Shown: positions 9,043 to 15,938 of the stretch, piece after piece
Numbering within the stretch: the first letter of the stretch is position 1
Layout: the number at the start of each line of letters is the position of its first letter
Assembly: GCA_038108035.1 (NCBI GenBank)
Contig: JAYNHN010000002.1
Span: forward strand, 1 to 45,401
From: Flavobacteriaceae bacterium
GTDB lineage: Bacteria; Bacteroidota; Bacteroidia; Flavobacteriales; Flavobacteriaceae
Length of the DNA: 45,401 nucleotides
Direction of reading: 5' to 3'
The notes under the pieces: generated by a model
The model's database searches: none
What the model was told of the DNA's origin: nothing
What the model saw: the letters and a program-made list of their open reading frames with translations, nothing else
Translations under genes and position numbers: made by a program

Positions 9043-10290
9043 TCAATCAATAAATCCAGTACCTACCGTATTATTGGATTTTGAGTCGATTAAAATAAAT
9101 GCCCCATTCGTTCTATTTGATTGATAGGAGTCATAAAAAATAGAGGTATTCAGTTGAAACGATACGGATGCGATATCATTTACACCTAAGAGGCGAACCG
9201 TATCTTCTATTCCTGAATAATCAGGTCTTATTTTGTGATGGATACAATTTACTTTAGCCTGTACTCTTTTGACGCCGTGTTGGAGTATATATTGATTTCC
9301 AGGAGTCAATGGTGTGGTATCCATCCAGCAAATTGTAGCGGTAAATTCGGAATTTATGGTAGGTAAATCAGAAGCCTTGATGATCATGTCACCTCGACTT
9401 ACATTGATTTCATCCTCAAGGGTTAATGCCACCGAGCAGCCTCTAGAAGCCGTATCGAGTAGCTGGTCATACATATAGATTTCTTTGATTTTGGATTGGG
9501 TTTTTGAGGGTAAGACCTTAATTTTTTCTCCGACATGGAAATCTCCTCCATATACCTTCCCTGCATACCCCCTAAAATTATGAAAACCATCTTTTTTAGC
9601 TCTTATTACATATTGTATGGGGAAACGGGGCTTACCAGAATGATAGACATCGCTGGGGTTCAAACCTTCCAAATGACTCAATAAAGGCGGACCGGAATAC
9701 CAAGTCATTTTATGGGATGGATCCACAATATTATCTCCTTTCAATGCGCTTACAGGAATGAAAGTAATATCTTGTTCTAGATGGTTTCTTTTCTGTATCA
9801 AGGATTCAAAGTCGGATTGAATGGCTTGATATTCTTTTTGGCAGTAGTCTACCAAATCCATTTTGTTAATTGCTACGATTACCTTTTTAACTCTTAAAAG
9901 ATTATTGATAAAAAAGTGTCTATGAGTTTGCTCGGTAATTCCCTTTCTAACATCAATTAACACAATGGCTACTTGAGAGGTTGAGGCACCTGTAACCAGA
10001 TTTCGGGTATATTCAATATGACCAGGGGTGTCTGCGATTATATAGCTCCTTTTTGGTGTGGAAAAATAAATATGTGCTACGTCAATTGTGATGCCTTGTT
10101 CTCGTTCGGCAACCAATCCATCAGTTGCGAATGAAAAGTCCAAATAGTCAAAACCTTTTTGTTGGCTCGCTCGTTCAATAGCCTCTAATTTATCTTCAGT
10201 TAAGGATTTAGTATCGTATAACAATCGACCGATAAGGGTACTTTTACCGTCATCTACGCTTCCAGCTGTAGCAATTTTTAAAACATCCAT
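9043..10290 (-). CDS. cysN: Sulfate adenylyltransferase subunit 1 (GTPase), without a fused APS kinase domain
   Basis: 415 aa. The GTPase motifs GSVDDGKSTLIGRLL, DTPGH and NKMD are present. The length is too short for a CysNC fusion. Confidence 0.95.
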   Translation of the reverse strand: MDVLKIATAGSVDDGKSTLIGRLLYDTKSLTEDKLEAIERASQQKGFDYLDFSFATDGLVAEREQGITIDVAHIYFSTPKRSYIIADTPGHIEYTRNLVTGASTSQVAIVLIDVRKGITEQTHRHFFINNLLRVKKVIVAINKMDLVDYCQKEYQAIQSDFESLIQKRNHLEQDITFIPVSALKGDNIVDPSHKMTWYSGPPLLSHLEGLNPSDVYHSGKPRFPIQYVIRAKKDGFHNFRGYAGKVYGGDFHVGEKIKVLPSKTQSKIKEIYMYDQLLDTASRGCSVALTLEDEINVSRGDMIIKASDLPTINSEFTATICWMDTTPLTPGNQYILQHGVKRVQAKVNCIHHKIRPDYSGIEDTVRLLGVNDIASVSFQLNTSIFYDSYQSNRTNGAFILIDSKSNNTVGTGFID

Positions 10291-10352
10291 TTTGGTTAAG
10301 TTTGGGATTAAGTTGATTTATATAGAAAATTATGAGTTTTTGATTCAAAGCA

Positions 10353-11258
10353 TCAAAAATATCCTTGTTGTTTTCGTTTTTCCATGGCTGCTTCTGAACG
10401 CTTATCATCGATACGAGCGCCCCGCTCTGAAATCGTAGCCATTTTTATTTCTTGAACAACGGATTTAATATCCTTGGCGGTTGATAGTACTGCAGCGGTA
10501 CAGCTCATATCACCTACGGTTCGGAATCGTACCAATCGATCTTCTACCAATTCTTCTGAGTCCCGATAGACAATCTCGTCATTTGTAGACCAAATCAGAC
10601 CATCTCTCACAAAAGTAGATCGTTTATGTGCGAAATAAATGGAAGGGAGATCTAGTTTTTCTTGTTCTATATAAGACCATACATCGAGTTCTGTCCAGTT
10701 GGAAATTGGAAATACACGAACGTTTTGGCCATAGTGAATTTGACCATTTAGTAGATCAAAAAGTTCTGGGCGTTGATTTTTTTCATCCCATTGACCAAAT
10801 GCATCCCGTATAGAAAAAATACATTCTTTGGCTCGAGCTTTTTCCTCATCTCGTCTGGCACCACCGATACAGGCATCAAACCGGTACTCTTTAATCGCAT
10901 CCAATAAGGTGGCGGTTTGTAAACCATTTCGGCTGGCATATCTCCCAGATTCTTCTGTAACTTTTCCTTGATCAATAGAGTCTTGAACTCTTTTTATTAT
11001 TAATTCCAAACCCAACTTTTGAACCAATTCATCCCGGAACTGGATCGTTTCGGGAAAGTTATGTCCCGTATCAATATGTAGTAACGGAAACGGAATTTTA
11101 GAAGGATAAAATGCTTTTTGAGCGAGACGAACTAAGGTAATTGAGTCTTTGCCTCCTGAAAACAACAACACAGGTTTTTCAAATTGAGCCGCCACTTCCC
11201 GAAGGATATAAATCGCTTCACTTTCAAGTGGGCTAAGATTAGAAGATTGGGGATTCAT
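10353..11258 (-). CDS. cysD: Sulfate adenylyltransferase subunit 2
   Basis: It has the PP-loop LLFSGGKDS. The start is set at ATG 11258 (MNPQSSNLSPLESEAIYILRE...), 4 nt after the cysH stop. The longer track ORF (to 11333) would run through cysH. Confidence 0.93.
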   Translation of the reverse strand: MNPQSSNLSPLESEAIYILREVAAQFEKPVLLFSGGKDSITLVRLAQKAFYPSKIPFPLLHIDTGHNFPETIQFRDELVQKLGLELIIKRVQDSIDQGKVTEESGRYASRNGLQTATLLDAIKEYRFDACIGGARRDEEKARAKECIFSIRDAFGQWDEKNQRPELFDLLNGQIHYGQNVRVFPISNWTELDVWSYIEQEKLDLPSIYFAHKRSTFVRDGLIWSTNDEIVYRDSEELVEDRLVRFRTVGDMSCTAAVLSTAKDIKSVVQEIKMATISERGARIDDKRSEAAMEKRKQQGYF

Positions 11259-11262
11259 GTTT

Positions 11263-11886
11263 TTAGCTTTGGGTATGCAATCCACATTCTCGATTGGATA
11301 GTGCTTTGGTTGGGTCAAAATATCGGAATTCATTGGGGAGTTGGTGTGCTGTTAAATAGGAGTCCAATTGTTGGTTGCTATAATGATAAAAGGGACTTAC
11401 CTTTAATACATCATCAGAATTGTACGAAATAATTCCGATACCGTCTCTAAAGGGAGTTTGTCCCCTTCTTAGATTGGTAAACCAAACGTCGGGTTTGTGT
11501 TCTTTCATTGCTCTTTTAAAGGGCTCCAATTTTACTTGCTGGGTAAATTCAAAATGTTTTTCATCATTTACATTGGGGATCCCTAAGGTAACATTGCGAT
11601 GAGCAGTGGATTGTTGGGGTACATACAAATGAACATTCAAATGCAATTGTTCAATTGTTTTTTCAGCATGTCTGTAGGTAAAAACAGTATTATATCCTGT
11701 ATCGCACCAAATTACCGGAATTCTAGGAACCAGAGAAGTAACCGCATGGAGAATGGCTGCTTCATAGGGCCTAAAGTTGGTAGTTACAATGGGATTTTTT
11801 GATTGTTCAACAGCCCATTGAATGATTTCTAGGGGAGTCCTTTCACTCCATTCTCTATTGAATTTTTCGATGTTAATAACTTTCAT
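11263..11886 (-). CDS. cysH: Phosphoadenosine phosphosulfate (PAPS) reductase family protein
   Basis: It ends in the C-terminal ECGLH motif (NRECGLHTQS*). There is no CC...CxxC iron-sulfur motif. ATG 11886 forms an ATGA overlap with the DUF2061 stop. Confidence 0.9.
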   Translation of the reverse strand: MKVINIEKFNREWSERTPLEIIQWAVEQSKNPIVTTNFRPYEAAILHAVTSLVPRIPVIWCDTGYNTVFTYRHAEKTIEQLHLNVHLYVPQQSTAHRNVTLGIPNVNDEKHFEFTQQVKLEPFKRAMKEHKPDVWFTNLRRGQTPFRDGIGIISYNSDDVLKVSPFYHYSNQQLDSYLTAHQLPNEFRYFDPTKALSNRECGLHTQS

Positions 11887-12140
11887 TTTCCCCATTTTAT
11901 TGCGTTCCATACTCTTTCATGAAAAAAATAGAGAATCATTTTTGACACCAATTCGATCCCACCAATAGATAAGGCGAGCATTAAAGTACCTGTTAATAAC
12001 CAGGAAATTAAAACGGTATCTAAAGTGCCGATAATTCTCCAGCTGATGGTTTTGACTAAACTACGTTTTAGACATTCATCAGACTTTTTTTGGCAAATCT
12101 TGACATTGGGAGGTATTTTTAAAATTGAATATAAAACCAT
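11883..12140 (-). CDS. DUF2061-type small membrane protein
   Basis: 85 aa with two hydrophobic helices (TISWRIIGTLDTVLISWLLTG / LALSIGGIELVSKMILYFFHERVW). It is translationally coupled to cysH. Confidence 0.75.
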   Translation of the reverse strand: MVLYSILKIPPNVKICQKKSDECLKRSLVKTISWRIIGTLDTVLISWLLTGTLMLALSIGGIELVSKMILYFFHERVWNAIKWGK

Positions 12141-12154
12141 TTTATTTAATATTA

Positions 12155-12170
12155 ATACCCTATCGGGTAT
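12155..12170. promoter_or_regulatory. Perfect 6-4-6 inverted repeat ATACCC-TATC-GGGTAT between the Rrf2 gene and the DUF2061/cys genes
   Basis: Read directly from the sequence. It lies 15 nt upstream of the DUF2061 start codon (12140). It could be an operator or a small hairpin. Confidence 0.3.
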
Positions 12171-12234
12171 ATAGGTTAATTGTGTAAATGTATTATTTAA
12201 TTTAAAAATTCAAAATTTTCACAAAGAATTTTAC

Positions 12235-12642
12235 TTAAACCAAGTCATAAAGGGATTTGTTGTTAAAGATTTTAAGGGTACTATCTCTAACTTCAATCAT
12301 CAATCGGTGTACACTACAACTGGTCTCATCAATACAATCCTTACATTTTTCATAAAAGTTAAGGCTTACACAGGGAACCATGGCAATGGGTCCTTCTAGG
12401 GAACGCATGACATCAACCATCATGATCTGTTTGGGATCTTTAAGAAGATAATACCCCCCTCCTTTTCCTTTTTTAGAACTTAAGAACCCTGCTTTTCTAA
12501 GTGTCAACAGTATGCTTTCCAAATATTTATGAGAGATATTTTCACTTTTGGCAATAGAGGAAATCTGAACGGGAGTGTTGGATTCCCGTTTGGCTATAAA
12601 TATTAAAGCTTTTAAACCGTATTTAGTTTTGACTGAAAGCAT
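12235..12642 (-). CDS. Rrf2-family transcriptional regulator with a four-Cys cluster
   Basis: 135 aa. The N-terminal winged HTH is MLSVKTKYGLKALIFIA...ISSIAKSENISHKYLESILLTLRKAGFL. The C-terminal region has C91-x8-C100-x2-C103-x5-C109-x2-H112. Confidence 0.9.
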   Translation of the reverse strand: MLSVKTKYGLKALIFIAKRESNTPVQISSIAKSENISHKYLESILLTLRKAGFLSSKKGKGGGYYLLKDPKQIMMVDVMRSLEGPIAMVPCVSLNFYEKCKDCIDETSCSVHRLMIEVRDSTLKIFNNKSLYDLV

Positions 12643-12738
12643 ATGCTAATATAAACAACTGATTAGATTTGAATTGCGATTTTTGAGGCTTTTTAGAAGC
12701 GACTATTTTGAGTTTTCTTATAAATAAATAATTGATAT

Positions 12739-13107
12739 TTATAGCTCCGATAAATGGTCAGGTTTTGAAATTAGATTAAAAGCATCTAGACCGTATTTTT
12801 TAAAATCCGAAATTTCATCGGTCTCAAAATACAATTTTGGTGACTTTAGATTTGGGGTATTTAGCCAGATTTTAAATTTTGAGAATGATTCATCACCGTT
12901 AGGATCGTTAGTAAAAACAATATGATTTACCATTCCAAGGTTTTTAAATTCTTTGAGATGTTTAATCTTAAGAACTAAAAAAGATTGAGAGCGAATGGTA
13001 GTTTGTTTAACATATTTTTTTTCCCATCCCTTCTTTTTTAACAACTCTTTTTTGAACTCTTCTTGTTTTAGATAATAATTGCTTTTATAATAAATACTCT
13101 TCACCAA
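12739..13107 (-). CDS. Hypothetical protein (orphan, Lys-rich), TTG/GTG start only
   Basis: 122-aa ORF in a very AT-rich stretch. I recognise no motif and there is no ATG start. Coding status is uncertain. Confidence 0.35.
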   Translation of the reverse strand: MVKSIYYKSNYYLKQEEFKKELLKKKGWEKKYVKQTTIRSQSFLVLKIKHLKEFKNLGMVNHIVFTNDPNGDESFSKFKIWLNTPNLKSPKLYFETDEISDFKKYGLDAFNLISKPDHLSEL

Positions 13108-13313
13108 AATATGTTTAACGTATTGCTCAAATAGTACACCAAAATAAGAAATTGTTTAAACAAAAAGAAAGGAATTTGAACACTTTTAAACATTAAAAAG
13201 AAGGGATGTTTCAAAAAAGGTCCAATGGTTTTTAGAACAGAGACGTTAAAAAGGTCTTTACTAAAAAGATAAATAGAAGATAAAACCAAAGGATTTTTGG
13301 ATTTATTTTCCAT
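13101..13313 (-). CDS. Hypothetical small hydrophobic protein (orphan)
   Basis: 70-aa ORF with an ATG start. It is Phe/Leu-rich. It overlaps the next ORF by 7 nt in a different frame, so the two may be pieces of one decayed gene. Confidence 0.3.
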   Translation of the reverse strand: MENKSKNPLVLSSIYLFSKDLFNVSVLKTIGPFLKHPFFLMFKSVQIPFFLFKQFLILVYYLSNTLNIFW

Positions 13314-13549
13314 ATAAGGGAAGTATAAAATATTTTAAATCAATAAATTAGTATCAAAGAGTCTTTACATTGACTAAAATTTTTGAACTAAAGTTTAACT
13401 TTTCAAAAGTTTATTAATCAGATAAATTACCGTCTGGTAATAGGAATATTTTTCTCTTTTTATACCCTGAGAATACCGATCAAAATACAAACGGGTCGGT
13501 CTTTCAAATTTCATAGTTTACTTTTTTTTTGGAAAAGTTAAACAAAAAT

Positions 13550-13573
13550 AAAAATATAGACAAAAATATAGAC
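13550..13573. repeat. Perfect tandem duplication of the 12-mer AAAAATATAGAC
   Basis: The two copies are 13550..13561 and 13562..13573, read directly from the sequence. Confidence 0.9.
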
Positions 13574-13929
13574 CAATAATTTTTAATTCTATAAAAAACC
13601 GTCGACAAAATCCATTTTGGTCTTATTTTTTATAAAATTCAATCCAAAGAGAAAATCGATGTTAACCACCTCAATATTTTCAAATAAGAAATGCATACGG
13701 CTAGGCTCATTTACATTTCAAGCGGCCATTATACTAGGATTTTATCATATCCAATACAATCACAATTAAAACAATAATCATCGTAAATACTACAACAAAA
13801 GCGACTCCACCTGTACCCATTTCTAAATTTTTTATATCTTCTAAAGGTATTTATTTCTCTTCAATAAGGACCCACTAAAACGATAAATTATCCCTTATAA
13901 AACCAGAAAAAATTGCTTACATTGTTGGA

Positions 13930-14274
13930 ATGACACAGATACTTGCCATGGGGGGGATTTATTTCACTCTCGGAATTCTACATTTCACCCATACCCGACT
14001 TTATAGGCCCTTGATGCCCAAGTTTCTCCCAGCGCATAATTTATTGATTTATGTAAGCGGTCTTATAGAAATGATACTGGGGATAGGGGTTTTATTTCCG
14101 TTGACAAGAGATTTTTCATTATGGGGGATTATTGCAATGCTCTCTGTATTTTTGATTGTTCATCTCAATATGCTGAATCCCAAAAACGGATTGGGAATTC
14201 ATCCCTTGATTCTTTGGATGAGAATCCCCATTCAATTCCTATTGATCTTTTGGGCCTACGTAAACATGAGTTAA
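13930..14274 (+). CDS. Small integral membrane protein (DoxX-like topology)
   Basis: 114 aa with an ATG start and four hydrophobic segments. The family assignment is tentative. Confidence 0.65.
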   Translation: MTQILAMGGIYFTLGILHFTHTRLYRPLMPKFLPAHNLLIYVSGLIEMILGIGVLFPLTRDFSLWGIIAMLSVFLIVHLNMLNPKNGLGIHPLILWMRIPIQFLLIFWAYVNMS

Positions 14275-14281
14275 GAACAAT

Positions 14282-15775
14282 TTATATTTGATCCCGATTG
14301 GGAAGGGTGTGACGTTTCAAAATCCGTTTGCTTTCGGAAATAACTACAGGATCTTTTTGCATTTGCCATAAAATAGAAGAGGCTTTTTTGCGCTCTCTTT
14401 CAAGATGAACGATGGGTTTAGGATAGTTTTTACCTAAATGAAAGTCATACAATTCTTCTTCAAAAGGAGTGATTTCCCAAGGGGTATGAATTAACGCCTC
14501 AGGTAGAACATTCAACTCAGGGATCCATTTTTTTGTAAAATTACCTTGGGGATCGTGATCATGACCATTTTTTACAGGATTATAGATTCGTAGGGTGTTA
14601 ATTCCCGTAACTCCGGCTTGCATTTGTAATTGTGGAAAATGAATGCCGGGTTCAAAGTCTAAAAATTGACGAGCGAGAAAGGCGGAGCAAGCTTGCCAAG
14701 GTTGCCATAATTGGTGGACAAAAAAAGAGACTACCAAAGCCCGCATTCGAAAGTTTAAATAACCCGTAGTTACCAGGCAGCGCATAGCAGCATCCACCAA
14801 GGGAATACCCGTTTGCCCTTTTTCCCATGCCCGAATATAATCTAAATTTAAAGATTTTTCTAGGCGGTGGTATCCTTTGTTTATACTTCTAAATTCCATA
14901 CTACATTCCATTTCAAACTTTTGAATAAAATGGGATTGCCAGCGTAAACGCGATTCAAAAGCTCGGATACCGAACCCTTTTTTTCCATTTTGTTTTTCGG
15001 ATTCGGTTCGCTGAAGTAATTGCCGCATCGAGAGGTTTCCAAATGCGATGTAAGGAGACAACCGGCTACAACTTACTCGTGCCAAATCTGGTTTGGAAAT
15101 GTGTTTTTGATAATTGCGGTACCGTCCATCAAAAAAAGAATTTAAATAGCGTTGTGCCATACGTTCGCCTCCAGGTTGAACACCCTTTATAGGAGTGGGG
15201 TCTAAACAAAGCAGTCTAAAATGAGATTCTATACGACGAACGGATCGCTTGTTTAATAAAGCATTGCACTTTTCAGGTAATTCCCATTGGGGTTGGTTCA
15301 TGTGGTTTGTCCACTTTTCAATCCACCCTTTTCGGTGCTTTAGCCCCCGAAAAACCCCCTGTTGACGGAATTCTTTCCATGGAATTTTCTTGAAATCACA
15401 CCATTTTTTTATTTCTAAATCTCTTTGAAAAGTGACATCAATACCGGTTTCAAAGTGAGAATAAAGTCCTTCAATTTGGAAGAGACCCGATAAAATTGTA
15501 AAGGTGGGAATACACTCTTCTTTTATGGTCAATACAGAGGAATGAAACGGCTCCAATTGCAAATTCAAATCTACAAGTGATTGCTTAATAAAATTCAAAT
15601 GTCGTTTGCTGAAATGAGCCTCTTCAAGTACTTTGGGTTCAGCGATATAAACCAATAATACATTTTGGTGATTTTTTTGCGCATGCCAAAGTGCCGCATG
15701 ATCTCGCAACCTTAAGTCCCTTTTAAGCCATACAATGGCTAGAGGTGGTTTGTAGTGTTGTTTTGTATCCTCCAA
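14282..15775 (-). CDS. Cryptochrome/photolyase family flavoprotein
   Basis: 497 aa. The N-terminal photolyase alpha/beta pattern is [16 protein letters not shown]. The FAD-binding region is [30 protein letters not shown]...[15 protein letters not shown]. The only start in frame is TTG at 15775. Confidence 0.88.
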   Translation of the reverse strand: MEDTKQHYKPPLAIVWLKRDLRLRDHAALWHAQKNHQNVLLVYIAEPKVLEEAHFSKRHLNFIKQSLVDLNLQLEPFHSSVLTIKEECIPTFTILSGLFQIEGLYSHFETGIDVTFQRDLEIKKWCDFKKIPWKEFRQQGVFRGLKHRKGWIEKWTNHMNQPQWELPEKCNALLNKRSVRRIESHFRLLCLDPTPIKGVQPGGERMAQRYLNSFFDGRYRNYQKHISKPDLARVSCSRLSPYIAFGNLSMRQLLQRTESEKQNGKKGFGIRAFESRLRWQSHFIQKFEMECSMEFRSINKGYHRLEKSLNLDYIRAWEKGQTGIPLVDAAMRCLVTTGYLNFRMRALVVSFFVHQLWQPWQACSAFLARQFLDFEPGIHFPQLQMQAGVTGINTLRIYNPVKNGHDHDPQGNFTKKWIPELNVLPEALIHTPWEITPFEEELYDFHLGKNYPKPIVHLERERKKASSILWQMQKDPVVISESKRILKRHTLPNRDQI

Positions 15776-15911
15776 TTTTTTCCCTTTTGAAATCTTCTAT
15801 ATCTCAATCCTTCAACAATCAAAATAGGAAAGGTAAATTTAATGAAATTATTTATCTAAACTAAATTTTAAGGAACTCCTCATTGGAAAGAAAACACTCC
15901 TAAAAAATCCT

Positions 15912-15919
15912 TAATTTTG
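15912..15919 (+). promoter_or_regulatory. Candidate Bacteroidota -7 promoter box TAATTTTG (TAnnTTTG) upstream of the M14 peptidase gene
   Basis: It is an exact match to the TAnnTTTG consensus, 20 nt upstream of ATG 15939. No convincing -33 TTTG was seen. Confidence 0.3.
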
Positions 15920-15938
15920 ATAAACGAACCATATTATT

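Noticed and set aside
11259-11333. The longer CysD start (326-aa version); similarly the cysH extension at 11887..11910
   Set aside because: The extensions would run through the preceding genes. The internal ATGs give canonical lengths and tight 4-nt or ATGA junctions.
13395-13514. A 39-codon basic ORF (MKFERPTRLYFDRYSQGIKREKYSYYQTVIYLINKLLKS) in the AT-rich island
   Set aside because: It has no recognisable feature, and ORFs of this size are expected by chance. It is kept only as part of the island description.
13604-13633. A hairpin GACAAAA-TCCA-TTTTGGTC followed by a T-rich tail, a possible terminator of a plus-strand sRNA
   Set aside because: The stem is almost entirely A-U with a bulge, so it would be very weak. 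No upstream plus-strand promoter or gene is evident.
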